Source of the DNA: a virus
Virus record (IMG/VR): IMGVR_UViG_3300032236_001503
Span: 1-64,000 of that record
Length of the DNA stretch: 64,000 nt
Reading direction: 5' to 3' (one strand)
Part shown: positions 11,401 to 20,772 of the stretch, piece by piece
How the letters are laid out: each line of letters opens with the position of its first letter
Numbering within the stretch: position 1 is the stretch's first letter
Made by a program: the position numbers and the translations under genes
Notes under the pieces: model-generated
The model's input: the letters and a program-made list of their open reading frames with translations, nothing else
Database searches by the model: none
Told to the model about the DNA's origin: nothing

Positions 11401-11752
11401 GTATGAAATTGTTAAAAATATCTCCTATATTATAGGTTCTTAATGTTGATGGTTTCCAAGTAAAAGTGTTATTACTTGTTTTTGATGTGATTTGATAGGT
11501 ATCAGATTCTGGATCAACATAAGAATTTGCGTTTCCAAAATTAAAATCAATTTGATTATAAACATCAGTCACGTTGTTTATATCGTTGATCGGATTATCT
11601 ACAAATCTGAATAAGTTCAAATACTTCATTGAACTCAATCCTGCAACTTTACTGTTAAAGTATGTTGGTGTTATAAGATATTCTTCCATGGGCCAACTGC
11701 CGCTCATTGCTACAGTGTAATAACCATTTGAAGCTATGTTATAAGATGACAT
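5477..11752 (-). CDS. Very large virion structural protein (baseplate-associated; PKD-like and NHL/beta-propeller regions)
   Basis: 2091 aa, N/S/T-rich. PKD-like YNIYFGDG..HSYQSEGTYTLS; NHL-like NPVSIDYD..LYVLD and GGRQDPNKFNSPTELI..VYVLD. Lies in the baseplate gene run with a late box upstream. Confidence 0.6.
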   Translation of the reverse strand: MSSYNIASNGYYTVAMSGSWPMEEYLITPTYFNSKVAGLSSMKYLNLFRFVDNPINDINNVTDVYNQIDFNFGNANSYVDPESDTYQITSKTSNNTFTWKPSTLRTYNIGDIFNNFILSISSFDNNSSQNPVLSSINQTNTANNLFDAAYLLYPQRLFLKPISLSANNNGTFNLQTSTVLLSTNVLFVGSNVVDHDSYVKHTNYKFNQPYFNPIRGNSIPVNLVYSLSASKNVINNVLTYTPNFNPFSFNVQLEDNNIYIVPNSINIKYNITTYNYLWNQMIPLGQFFPEEVPTLWYDFRSSFINNFNLNSINYQTLQLTQSSINPSAPLQDFSNCILSISLSCNSPTSFRYNNATYKDNFGNRYPYCKPDFNAASQSLKLKYIAESPYYFNSLSNTLSSVGSTTFVTSNSGLIPLNVPISDGSTPFDTMVWTIPYSPHYYSFKTSFTNNAFPNPSDTYSLRFNLSSGVTKQYTASGATQYGQTEFVYLSSCLASDFGILNVDLPTYAPNDFISLNVIDFPKNTPYVLDEIFCYYGSNLDQVYDIINSPFVPTSEGSQFLLVYPLSSYGPFNITLRTRLSSSIFNYISESNNATFIHFASGQNNVYKAALGYPISLKVINEEADNITVDSSFLTSYPDFPSKNLLTLSDTNSSLQGNSLISWNFNSNNVNPNCNITLQSVNPDGTFLSAIPINQPIPFNSNSWTVSVSGYGPNTVNVTLSSQKYNQTATLSSNPNLFNILSHNKFNVGVANTQILGKTVSYTVTATVPYNQNSYQIPTGIPMYWVWSYDNKTTNLPITAFYNNTPFIGNTYSNGSTNFSDYLSSIVLNVQLSSSLNSFNIHNLSVSAISHYNNPYTIGNSNISVLDYPSDNIFNTYFRTAYNFTGEVVNIYFQSQPIIQLYPWLGPRPVLVPVQITVTNGVVTNVVNQEISWYDINQFYQLEYIIYSPQNSPFIANTSANNVLSRPNTDFNSFKFSTGEIVSNLVAPVIQWVITDNTGHYYSLSSTSANLSSISTFNYVISSPSVTSTNVSLCALSATIAGWTIPHNLVSTQTIYTLPTAQFFAPTNFLIYPPYTWHQGNSGYLTIVNNNNFTVSQAPTAYAHNNTNSQNFYVSANKGGLYQYGYANLNDPSVSLFSTFNTNNHLINLPYVNDLSSNRGLTVYLTAFNNFFPRRSVNSLNYIGLTSNNSTSGLYLGNYSIASNTNSFNNLTYSKNGLSAFNQSPKLVGYDTLQLQFSTVDTAVVFDYNTVTQLGLQFTPVTSIDLDNNIFVGVLQTLTVPNTANTPVRALQNPNSYVTYSLSSLSGGWVSQINVPMVNGLYDLFILNIGDGSQPLTVDNYVQNHLLLNASATLSAYIPSTTYNLATSYTGSYDSWNVIEQKLTTATESFVVYATAVKPEIYISSYYATTGDNIFIQFKTPYLQNTPEANVAITSYNIYFGDGLSAYHLVNDITQHSYQSEGTYTLSYQVNYNNGSSLSFQLPNTHAITVYNTWPTYDQSKIRLLTEEYLTLPWTVDQVDIQPNEYADADIFNTAMSRLYDNLEYLIYNTQTINTDSPTLFYGWLGTSQNNVGRGIQWHTQDFLSGDYVHPNYATVSSAQNAVSPSFSNIKDLVQTDYYTFVLDGLSARAFTTGANPTEIFFDNINEVYQLLVNPVSIDYDEPSQNLYVLDQYYNKIYKLNLSFDYINEINIQLVVGNYGGRQDPNKFNSPTELIYLNDNVYVLDYQNHCLKHYTEDLNWIYTYYNEEFDINVGTSIKPIYTNNPECFAVHPTTEFPYILTISNKIYVFDTMGDLITSFQLTDQNGINLKAKPIKIIFDKNGNFMYVLYSNEIIKFTLTGTFISYVDKIPSVEFLNFTSAKYSNSESLVFSTSNSIIKCQDIVTLFKVGEGLPYQYWTKDQILISRDEFTMDNVYNRAFTRLIQNIKTFRNTMNSKFVIVTESTPYGQIQYFSKTPILVSSRPVFADDIENENVQVGVNEFNIPQVLNRELGKIYNALNYLAGYLTVTDNRNLSGINTGCSNPFCWSWKGMSCYNLTLPVIRICNINPITYAELQSNFPSSYSFSSSQQLTKTWGEASSDCCNDTFYPNASS

Positions 11753-11787
11753 AATAATATTTATTATAAAAGGTTAAAAAATCCCCT

Positions 11788-14700
11788 TTAAATCAATCCA
11801 AATCCTTTATAAAGTTGATAGGTGAAGATAAATTCCATCATACCGTCACTATTATTCCAATTAAGGTAAGAATCTGGGTATGCTCCAGAAATTTGATTAG
11901 TTAAGGCTAACAGGTACTCGTCTTTATTAATGTTTGTAAATTGATTATTCCAATCTATAGTATTTTCCACGTATACTTCATTTGTAGCAGGTACAAATTC
12001 ATAAAATTCATATAATTGTGTCCAATCATAGGAGTTATTTTTTATACCAAGATAATAGGCAAGTTCATCCAAACTATAAGATGATACACCAGCAGTTGAT
12101 AAATTTGTAACCTTATCATCATAAAGTGGAACCTGTCCGGTTGGGATTAAGCGATATGAATTTAGAGATTTTGCTTTTAATACAACAGGGGTTCCAGCGG
12201 AAACCATATATGTATTTGTATCTAATAAATCACCCCTATTAAAATTATCATATTTACTAGGTGATGAGAAATTAAAGGAATCATTTAATACGCTACCAAA
12301 TAATCTACTTTGATTTATACTTAAAAGATCCATAGATCTTTGTATATCAATTGGATATTGTAATCTAAAATCATCAGTGTTTAAATCAACCGATTGAGCT
12401 AAATCATATAGATTATCAACATTACAAGTGTCTAAATCCATAATATTAGAAGTATAATTTGCAATTTTTTCGTATGATTTTACGCCTAAGTCGTCATGGG
12501 ACGATAATCCAAATATTGATGTGAAGAAATTAAAGAGATTTGTACTTTCTTGTAATGTTTGTTGGAAGGCAACAGATTTAAGTTGTCCTGACATATCAAA
12601 ATTTTCATTTATCTTATAAAGATCATAATAATTTTGAGGGTAAAAGGATATATAATTTGGTGCAGTCGTTCCAGATATATTTTTATATATGGTTCCTGTT
12701 GTATCACTTATATATGATGGATCATTATTATAAGCACTGAGGTAGTATTTGTTCGTCCATCTAAAGCCAGACCAATCCCCGTTTGCTTGCGCTGATTTAC
12801 TCCAAGGATTGTAATCATACATTGTTGCAGTATTAGCAGCACTAATATATGGAACTATACCCTTTGGATTTATATAAAAATTATCAATTATACTTTTAGA
12901 ATTTGAATCAATAACATATATTTTATTTTCTATGGAATTAATAACATATATTCTACCCAATAAATCACAACTTATACCTTCTAATGCTGTTTCATCTGCA
13001 TTTTTATTTGCATCGAACCATTGCGGTACGTTATTAGCGTAGTTGTCGCTTGATATAGCGAAGGTGACGGTGTTACCATTAGTAGGATTTATACTGCCAA
13101 CATAATGATAGCTATAAGTGAACCAAATATTCTGATTAATGTCGATTGTTATATCATTTATTGAATTGAAAGGACCGAATGATGTTAATAAAGCACCATT
13201 TGTGTTAATATATTGTAGATAACTTGAGTCAGTACCGGATGTTATGTGATTTGTTGATACCCATAAATTGTTATTGTTATCGCAAACTATTTCATAGGGT
13301 GAACTATAGTGATATCGAACTGATGTCAATAAATTACCATATGTATCATAATTAACTAACCATCCACTGAAAGGATTTGAATAAGTTACCCAAACATTAT
13401 TATTTAAATCTGTTTCAATGCATGTTGGTTGAATTGGATAACTGTCATCTGAATCATATGATAAATTATTTGATTTTACATTGGATTGATCTATCCATGA
13501 TTTTAAGAAATCTGGATTTTGTATTGGTGCAGCATCAAAGGTAACTGTTGTTATATAATTTCCTAAATTATCGAATTTAAATACATATGGTGTATCGAAA
13601 CATGCAACCCAAACATCTTGATTGCTATCTAAAGCAATCGACAATGGTGTTAATTGATTTGGAATTAAGAAACTTAATTGGGCAGTTGTATACTGAAGTA
13701 GCGTTAATAAACTGTTTAAGTTTACATTAATTAATATATCACCAACTGAATTTATTCTATATAAACTATTGAGTTCACTATCAGCTACCCATGCATGATA
13801 TGTTGGTTCCGGTAGTGCCGCAATCGCATTAATACCATGAATACCCGAAACTGCCATGACATCATTTTTGAATTCAACATTAAACGGTTGTATTGTTGGT
13901 ACGTCAAAAGCATTAACATGAACCTTATCTAAATAACCCAAAGAGACCGCAGAAAATGCTGGATTTGAATAATATTGAGCAGTTGCTAACATTCCTGCAT
14001 TTGGATTTGATATCCATAATATTGGATTTACATATTTTGTTGAAAGTGATGGAACTGGAAAATAACCACTACCTAATATTTCACAATCAACAGTACTTGT
14101 GTAATTTACAAAAGATCCTTTATAATAACCTCCAACTTTAAATCCATTAGAATCTTGAAATTTAAATTGTAAATTATCTGGTGTATAGGTAAAATTCAAT
14201 GGCGTACCATTTAAATCAAAAGCAGATAAACTAAATGGAATATTATTTGAACTGAATAGATTATAATATGTTGTATTATCAAAGGGAATATAGTGAATGA
14301 ATTCATTTTCATTAGCTATAACGGTTCCGTTTCCATCTATGAGATCATCCGCATAATAAGTTGGATTAACTTTCATGTTAACCAACATTGGATTATCCTG
14401 CCCAATAAATCTAAGTTTTGAGAATGGATTTATTCCGTTTTGCGTTATATTTAAATAATCTGGTTCCCTGAATGTAAAAATGTGTGGTAATGTAACCGAA
14501 GCAAGACTGTTTGAAAAACTTGGTGTTTTATTATCCTCATTAAATGAACCATTAAATGATCTTAATCCTGATGTTCTTAATGTTGCAATAATTGTACTGT
14601 AAGGATTTTCATTGAAATATAAATCCGTATTATACAAATCATCAACAAAATAAAATTCAGCAGTTCCGGAAACACCTACAACGTTTCCACTTGGATTTAA

Positions 14701-16797
14701 TTTACCAACTTCATCAATTGCAATTGGAGAATCTACTGTTTGAATGAAATCTATTTGATTACCACTTAAATCTAAGAATCTCCATTGTGGTCTTAAGAAA
14801 GACCAATTATTTTCAGGTTCTTGATAGCGATAAGATTTTGAAAATTGAGCACCCAAATCGATAAAATGAGGTTCGGTGCTTGATGATGTTATGTTTATTT
14901 TAAAAGGATATCTATTTAAGTGACCAGCAAATGTTGGTGGTGGTATTAAATCAAAATATAAAGATTCATTTAAATATAACTGTACGGGTATTACATTTGA
15001 ATCAGTAAAATATTCACCACTACTAGTATAAACTGTTAACGTTACATTATAGTTATTTGGTAATGTATATAAATGTTTTGGATTAGGTTCTCTGCTGCTA
15101 GAATAATCACCAAAATTCCAATAATATGTATTAATTCCTAGTGATGATAATTGAACGTCCGTTGTGAATTGAAAATTTGTAGCGTTTGCAAAACCACTAT
15201 TTAAATTTGTATTAAATAAACTTACTTTTACATTAGTATTAGCTATGGCTGTGTTGATGATAGTATAATCATCACCAACTACCTCATAAGCAGTCATTGA
15301 AACTGTATAATTGCCAGATGAATTATATATGTGATTTCCGGATATTTGATTTGTTAAGGTTCCATCACCTAAATCCCAATAAAAAAGATTATAATTTTGT
15401 GCAGTATAACTATCTGGAACGTATGTAAAATCAGTTGTTAAGGTATAACCGAAATTTGGGGGATTTAATACTATACTAGCTGGTGCTATAGTTGTACCAA
15501 TAGATAATGTACTATTTGTTGGTACTATAGTTGTAGTTTGTGTTGGTGAAGATGTAGCTTGATTTGATATAGTTAATAAATTAGGAACTTTTGGTGATCC
15601 AACACCTGTTACTAAATCATAACCCTTTGCTGATGCATAACCATTGCCACCATCAACGATATCATTAAAGTAATATGATGAATTTTGATTATATAAACTA
15701 TAAATTTGTTGATTTGCAAAAGATGAACTTTTGGTATATAACCCAGCACTGCATCTTCTAGCCATTATAGCAGCCCATTGTGGTGCGGCTGCACTGGTTC
15801 CAGCTAATGCTTGATAGTATGATATATTTGTATATGGATTTGTCCAAACTATCCATGCAGCTGCACCGGAATTATATGATACATCAGGAACACCTCTACC
15901 TGATAATGCAACATTATTTACGGTTAAATTTGCTTGATAAGATGGTACTGGATTTACTGATGCTACTGCTTCACCACCACCACTTCCACTCCATGAAACT
16001 TCACGGTACGGACCGGGTGAACCAGAATAATACAAATTATTTCCACCTAATAAAACAGTTCCACCTACACCCAATACATTTGGTGAAGATGCTGGGTAAT
16101 TTACTTGAGCACCAGAATCACCAGCCGCTGCAATAAAAATTGTATTTCTTGTGTTAAAGATATTATCAAATCCACTTTGATAAAAATACGATTGGTCAGG
16201 ACCGCAAGTAAAACTCATTGATACAACATCTGCGCTCAATGTGTTTACAGCGAAATTAACTAATGCTGGTAAATCAGCTACACTATTTTGGTAATCGGTA
16301 ATTAAAACCAAATTAGCAGATGGAGCCATCGCATAAGCATATTGTATGTCTAAACTTGTTTCTTGACTCCATCCAAAAGCATCCGCTGAAAGTGCTGGAT
16401 TATTCTTTAAACTTGTCCAATTAGTAGCACCAAGTGGTGCATATACTTGTATTGTCTTTTGGGGTAATCCCATAGCAGTACAAAAGAAATTAAGATCACT
16501 TTGTGCTGTTGGACTACCATAGAAATCTATGATAGCTATAGTTTTACCGGAACCGCTATTACTAAGAGTTGTTAATTGGTCAAATCCATAATAGCTTATA
16601 AAATTTTGAGGGATAAGAACACCATATCCACTTGGTGCTGATATCTCTTCTTGATTTAAATCAGATATACCAATACCATTTGAAAAGGAATCACCATTTC
16701 TGATGCTACCAGTTTGTCCATTTAAATCCCCATCGTTTTCAAGGTATTTCCAACTTAACAGGGGTGTAGCTTTTAATGCAGATAAATCCATATACAA
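11788..16797 (-). CDS. Baseplate wedge-like protein with N-terminal S53 (sedolisin/kumamolisin) peptidase, two PKD domains and a beta-propeller
   Basis: S53 motifs ETSLD, AAGDSG, YPASSPNVLGVGGT, RGVPDVS, AGTSAAAP, GYDLVTGVGSP; PKD motifs YWDLGDG and YWNFGD; directly downstream of gp6 (the gp7 position in T4). Confidence 0.8.
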   Translation of the reverse strand: MYMDLSALKATPLLSWKYLENDGDLNGQTGSIRNGDSFSNGIGISDLNQEEISAPSGYGVLIPQNFISYYGFDQLTTLSNSGSGKTIAIIDFYGSPTAQSDLNFFCTAMGLPQKTIQVYAPLGATNWTSLKNNPALSADAFGWSQETSLDIQYAYAMAPSANLVLITDYQNSVADLPALVNFAVNTLSADVVSMSFTCGPDQSYFYQSGFDNIFNTRNTIFIAAAGDSGAQVNYPASSPNVLGVGGTVLLGGNNLYYSGSPGPYREVSWSGSGGGEAVASVNPVPSYQANLTVNNVALSGRGVPDVSYNSGAAAWIVWTNPYTNISYYQALAGTSAAAPQWAAIMARRCSAGLYTKSSSFANQQIYSLYNQNSSYYFNDIVDGGNGYASAKGYDLVTGVGSPKVPNLLTISNQATSSPTQTTTIVPTNSTLSIGTTIAPASIVLNPPNFGYTLTTDFTYVPDSYTAQNYNLFYWDLGDGTLTNQISGNHIYNSSGNYTVSMTAYEVVGDDYTIINTAIANTNVKVSLFNTNLNSGFANATNFQFTTDVQLSSLGINTYYWNFGDYSSSREPNPKHLYTLPNNYNVTLTVYTSSGEYFTDSNVIPVQLYLNESLYFDLIPPPTFAGHLNRYPFKINITSSSTEPHFIDLGAQFSKSYRYQEPENNWSFLRPQWRFLDLSGNQIDFIQTVDSPIAIDEVGKLNPSGNVVGVSGTAEFYFVDDLYNTDLYFNENPYSTIIATLRTSGLRSFNGSFNEDNKTPSFSNSLASVTLPHIFTFREPDYLNITQNGINPFSKLRFIGQDNPMLVNMKVNPTYYADDLIDGNGTVIANENEFIHYIPFDNTTYYNLFSSNNIPFSLSAFDLNGTPLNFTYTPDNLQFKFQDSNGFKVGGYYKGSFVNYTSTVDCEILGSGYFPVPSLSTKYVNPILWISNPNAGMLATAQYYSNPAFSAVSLGYLDKVHVNAFDVPTIQPFNVEFKNDVMAVSGIHGINAIAALPEPTYHAWVADSELNSLYRINSVGDILINVNLNSLLTLLQYTTAQLSFLIPNQLTPLSIALDSNQDVWVACFDTPYVFKFDNLGNYITTVTFDAAPIQNPDFLKSWIDQSNVKSNNLSYDSDDSYPIQPTCIETDLNNNVWVTYSNPFSGWLVNYDTYGNLLTSVRYHYSSPYEIVCDNNNNLWVSTNHITSGTDSSYLQYINTNGALLTSFGPFNSINDITIDINQNIWFTYSYHYVGSINPTNGNTVTFAISSDNYANNVPQWFDANKNADETALEGISCDLLGRIYVINSIENKIYVIDSNSKSIIDNFYINPKGIVPYISAANTATMYDYNPWSKSAQANGDWSGFRWTNKYYLSAYNNDPSYISDTTGTIYKNISGTTAPNYISFYPQNYYDLYKINENFDMSGQLKSVAFQQTLQESTNLFNFFTSIFGLSSHDDLGVKSYEKIANYTSNIMDLDTCNVDNLYDLAQSVDLNTDDFRLQYPIDIQRSMDLLSINQSRLFGSVLNDSFNFSSPSKYDNFNRGDLLDTNTYMVSAGTPVVLKAKSLNSYRLIPTGQVPLYDDKVTNLSTAGVSSYSLDELAYYLGIKNNSYDWTQLYEFYEFVPATNEVYVENTIDWNNQFTNINKDEYLLALTNQISGAYPDSYLNWNNSDGMMEFIFTYQLYKGFGLI

Positions 16798-16803
16798 AAA
16801 CTA

Positions 16804-18603
16804 TTAAAAATCCGCAGCCTTGATCGAACCAGTTGTTTCTTGTATAGTAATTCTTGATGCTATATTTGAAACATTATTAAATACTGGATATTGGAAGTAA
16901 TCTAAATTTACGTTTTGAGTATAAACTTTAGCATAGTTATCAGGATAAACATAATCCCAGAATAATAAAGAAACACCTTCTACATATGTGTCTAAATCAG
17001 CACGATAAGTTTGTACTCTTTGAACTCCATCAACACTTAATATACTTGTTGATAATTGATAGATATCAATTGTTTGACCAAGAGTATTTTTTGATCTATC
17101 AAATGTATTAGTAAAGATAGTTTGAATATCGTTTAAAATGGCGGTATCGGCTCTTCTTGTGTTTGGGTTTTTTGTTATGACTAAACCTGAGTTACCAAGA
17201 TCACTTGGTGATGGTTTTATATATGGACTTGGTGTATAAAAATCAATATAAATGTATACAGGGTCCATTGGTACGATTTCAGCCGTAATAGTTTTATGTG
17301 AATTAATTCCATTTAATATAATTTCCTTTTGTGTGGAATTTAAATAATTCTGTAAAGGACTACTTGGTACTGAATATAAATAAAGATTATTAAAGTTACA
17401 AGCATTTGAAAAATTAACTTGATTAATTAAAATTCTATTTTCCAATTGTGGTGTATTTAATCCTATATCATACAAATAAGCAATATGACCTGCCAAGTAA
17501 TCATCATTACTAACAAGCTGAATATCGGTTAATAGATTGGAATAGTTTTGTTTAATAAATGTTACATAATCATTGGTTGTAACTAATCTATATTGTGATC
17601 TAAAGGCATTGGGTGAATTTTTACGAATTGAATCAACTGATTCTTCAGCAGTATAAACAGTTGAAGGATAGTCGTTGTTCAATGACACCTGACTTAATTG
17701 ATTAATTGTTAAATAATTTTGATTAATTGAAATGTCTTTTATAATTTGATTAAAAGTTACAGAATTATAAGGGACAAGTGATGAATTGTTTAAACCATTA
17801 GGTCCAATTCCCTGTGAATTTTGATCAATTTGTAAATAAAATATTTGAACCTGATCACCTGTACTTAATCCCTTACCATTAACATTATCACCAAATGTTA
17901 TTTCATAATTTTTATTTTGATTAAATCTTACCTCGTAAACCAAATCATTAGAACCATATAAAAATAAATCTGTTGCTCTTGTCCACTCTTGCCAAACTCC
18001 AGTTGCTGCTGGCTTAACATATACGAATATATTAAAGTGATCTAAAAATACATTTGTTGGCAATGTGATATAGGCTACTTCATTATCAATACCTAAAGCA
18101 GTATAAAGTGGATTTTCTTGAAACACTCCTTGATATGCCAAATACGTATCAGCTATATTAGAAATAACTTCCTCTTTATTTGTAAACTTGGTAAAGTTTA
18201 TATCTTGATTTACTGAATAAATTGTTCCACCAACGTTTAAATAACTATATCTTGGTATTGTATAATTTCCTAATGTGATTGCAGGAGAAACAGTCATGGT
18301 AAATGGAACATTTGCTCCCAATCTACCAATTGGATTATAATCCAAAAGTTTAACAATACGATTCATGTTTTCATAAAGCTGTGCTTCAGTGAACATGCTT
18401 TCTGATGATGTTTTATTAAGATAATATAATAGTGTACTAAAGGAATAACCAACAACGTCTATCAATGCTGATAAGTTAGAACCCTGATAGTTTTGATCAG
18501 TAAAAACTTTACCCTGATTTAATCTACTGATGATTAAATCACGAATACTTGTGCCATCGAAGGCAACATATGAACTTTGGTCGAAAACAGGATTGGTAGC
18601 CAT
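16804..18603 (-). CDS. gp6: Baseplate wedge subunit (T4 gp6-like)
   Basis: FTDQNYQGSNLSALIDV, ESMFTEAQLYEN, YEITFGDNVNGK, EESVDSIRKNSP..QYRLVTTNDY. Confidence 0.9.
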   Translation of the reverse strand: MATNPVFDQSSYVAFDGTSIRDLIISRLNQGKVFTDQNYQGSNLSALIDVVGYSFSTLLYYLNKTSSESMFTEAQLYENMNRIVKLLDYNPIGRLGANVPFTMTVSPAITLGNYTIPRYSYLNVGGTIYSVNQDINFTKFTNKEEVISNIADTYLAYQGVFQENPLYTALGIDNEVAYITLPTNVFLDHFNIFVYVKPAATGVWQEWTRATDLFLYGSNDLVYEVRFNQNKNYEITFGDNVNGKGLSTGDQVQIFYLQIDQNSQGIGPNGLNNSSLVPYNSVTFNQIIKDISINQNYLTINQLSQVSLNNDYPSTVYTAEESVDSIRKNSPNAFRSQYRLVTTNDYVTFIKQNYSNLLTDIQLVSNDDYLAGHIAYLYDIGLNTPQLENRILINQVNFSNACNFNNLYLYSVPSSPLQNYLNSTQKEIILNGINSHKTITAEIVPMDPVYIYIDFYTPSPYIKPSPSDLGNSGLVITKNPNTRRADTAILNDIQTIFTNTFDRSKNTLGQTIDIYQLSTSILSVDGVQRVQTYRADLDTYVEGVSLLFWDYVYPDNYAKVYTQNVNLDYFQYPVFNNVSNIASRITIQETTGSIKAADF

Positions 18604-18618
18604 TATATTATATTTATC

Positions 18619-19206
18619 TTATATTAAGATTTGTCCTCCCAATTGAGCAAAAATACTTAAGTTATCTTGTACGCTTAACGGAAGAATATCATATACTAAT
18701 GAAACAGCATAACCAGCACCTAGCGAATTGATATCCGATACCGACTGAAGCGTTAATTGTGTTCCATTTAAATTTATAACTGGTGTTGATGTTGGATTAG
18801 GTAAAACATACACACTTACAACACTCACTCTAGGTTCAAATTGAGTTATGGCATTATTAATATCGTTACCTATTGCATTTGCACCAAGAACCGAAACTGG
18901 TTCAAAAAGGTATTTTAATAAAGAACACCCAAAAGTTGGATTTAAGACCTTTTGACCCGGTATTGTGGTGAATAAATTTCTTAAAGAGTTTTTAATTGCT
19001 TGAATATCTGAATCGGATGCAATATCTCTTGATTCTACTGGATTTAAACCTATACCAACTGATTGATTTGGGGTTTCACTAGTAGTTAAATCTAAATGCA
19101 AATCGCTATAAATGGGTGTAGTTACCTGAACCTGTTTACTCACGGAAATACCAGATGAATTAACTTGTTTTGGTTGAATTAAATTATTTAAATCGATTAT
19201 TGCCAT
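18619..19206 (-). CDS. gp25: Baseplate wedge protein gp25-like
   Basis: YSDLHL..AIKNSLRNLFTTIPGQKVLNPTFGCSLLKYLFEP..ITQFEPRV. Confidence 0.9.
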   Translation of the reverse strand: MAIIDLNNLIQPKQVNSSGISVSKQVQVTTPIYSDLHLDLTTSETPNQSVGIGLNPVESRDIASDSDIQAIKNSLRNLFTTIPGQKVLNPTFGCSLLKYLFEPVSVLGANAIGNDINNAITQFEPRVSVVSVYVLPNPTSTPVINLNGTQLTLQSVSDINSLGAGYAVSLVYDILPLSVQDNLSIFAQLGGQILI

Positions 19207-19237
19207 GAAAAGGGTAAATAGTTATGTAAATATACTT

Positions 19238-19819
19238 ATGGCAAAGTTCAATAAATTTGATACACTTTTAGAAACAGCATTTTCACACTATTCAAATGGT
19301 GGATTTAGAGAAGGCTCACCAGTGAGAATTAAACCAGAATTCTTAAAGCATCCTTATTTCAAATCACATTACAGTGGTGACGAATTATTTTGTAATTGGT
19401 TAAAGGATTTAATGGAAAGAAAGTACTTCTTCTTCATTAAGAGAGTTGTTGGACATGGTGCTATGCAAGATGTTAAGGATTCTAATGATAACGAAGGTGC
19501 AGGAGATGCTTTCTTAATCCTTAAGCTTGATCCTAGAACAGTAAATGCACCAACGGAATTAGGTGAATTCACCGTTCCTGCTGATTTCGGTGTTGTTGAG
19601 GTATTAAATTTTGGAGGCAACTTGCCACCAGTTCAATCTGTTCCAAATAGATATGAATTACCAATTGGATATCAGAAGCCTCAACCAGTTCAGATTGATA
19701 TTACTATCAATAATCAACCAACCGATAAAGATTTAGCAAAAGGTAATACAGCGATACCAGCATCCCCTGCTCAAGCTGCTAAATTTGATAAGCCGCAGAA
19801 GCTTAAGTTAAGAAAGTAA
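19238..19819 (+). CDS. Hypothetical late protein (possible head-internal protein)
   Basis: Track start 19205 overlaps the gp25 start codon. ATG 19238 (MAKFNKFDTLLE) follows a GTAAATA box by 5 nt. Confidence 0.7.
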   Translation: MAKFNKFDTLLETAFSHYSNGGFREGSPVRIKPEFLKHPYFKSHYSGDELFCNWLKDLMERKYFFFIKRVVGHGAMQDVKDSNDNEGAGDAFLILKLDPRTVNAPTELGEFTVPADFGVVEVLNFGGNLPPVQSVPNRYELPIGYQKPQPVQIDITINNQPTDKDLAKGNTAIPASPAQAAKFDKPQKLKLRK

Positions 19820-20737
19820 GGCGTTCTCTATTGCTATAAGGCAACAGAAGAAATTAATTTCGTGATCAATCACGAAGTTATCCCTATACATATGTTCTCC
19901 TATCTCTAGGATAATCCTCTTCTTTGTTGCTTCTTTAATTTTGGTTGTATCGTAAAAGAAATCCAAAATACCTTTTAACAAGGTTTGATAATCCGCTGCA
20001 AACGTTCTCTCGTTTTCGATTACAATCTGTCTTATCTTTATTGAATCAACTTTTGATAACAATGCAGTATAAACATTCTCGGCAATGTTTTTAACATCAT
20101 TAGCCCGATTAATAATGAGAGTTCCAGTAATGGAGAATCTCTGAAGATCATTGATAATTCTCCTCATATCAGGAAAATTATTCTTTACAAATGTAATAAA
20201 TTCTCTTTGTGATCCTATATCAACATTCTCCAATTTCAGAATATTCAAACATCTCTTTGCACATTCGGCTAAATCGGGAATGATATTAAAGAGTAAGCAT
20301 CTGGATTGGATGGGTTCGATGATTTTGTTTATATAGTTCGACGTAAGAATGAATCTAGTTGTATCTGAATACTCTTCCATGACACTACGAAGGATTCTCT
20401 GGGCATCGTTTGTAGTGCCACAGAACTCGTCTAGAATGATTACTTTCTTCTTACCATCCAAAGATGAGGTTTGGGCAAATAAAGTTACCTTATTTCTAAT
20501 TGTATCAATACCGTTTTCATCGGATGCATTGATATAAAGAGATTGACATTTGAGAATATCATTTACGATGATCTTTGCTAGTGTAGTTTTACCTGTACCA
20601 GCATGACCATAGAGAAGAAGATGAGGTGTGTCCTCATTTATACCAGAAAAGAATTTCCTATTCTCTTCAGAAAGAACCAAATCCTGTAACTTCTTAGGGC
20701 GGTATTTCTCTACCCAAAGCTGATCATATAAACTCAT
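19808..20737 (-). CDS. gp44: Clamp loader AAA+ subunit (T4 gp44 / RFC small subunit-like)
   Basis: LWVEKYRP, Walker A GHAGTGKT, INASDENGIDTIR, VIILDE, IIEPIQSRC. Confidence 0.95.
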   Translation of the reverse strand: MSLYDQLWVEKYRPKKLQDLVLSEENRKFFSGINEDTPHLLLYGHAGTGKTTLAKIIVNDILKCQSLYINASDENGIDTIRNKVTLFAQTSSLDGKKKVIILDEFCGTTNDAQRILRSVMEEYSDTTRFILTSNYINKIIEPIQSRCLLFNIIPDLAECAKRCLNILKLENVDIGSQREFITFVKNNFPDMRRIINDLQRFSITGTLIINRANDVKNIAENVYTALLSKVDSIKIRQIVIENERTFAADYQTLLKGILDFFYDTTKIKEATKKRIILEIGEHMYRDNFVIDHEINFFCCLIAIENALLS

Positions 20738-20744
20738 ACCCTAT

Positions 20745-20772
20745 ATGATAGGGTATTTTGTCTATTTGTCAA
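20745..20772 (-). promoter_or_regulatory. Sigma70-like promoter TTGACA-N16-TATCAT, 7 nt before the gp44 ATG
   Basis: Read directly; the -10 box lies inside the inverted repeat ATACCCTAT-CAT-ATAGGGTAT. Confidence 0.7.
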
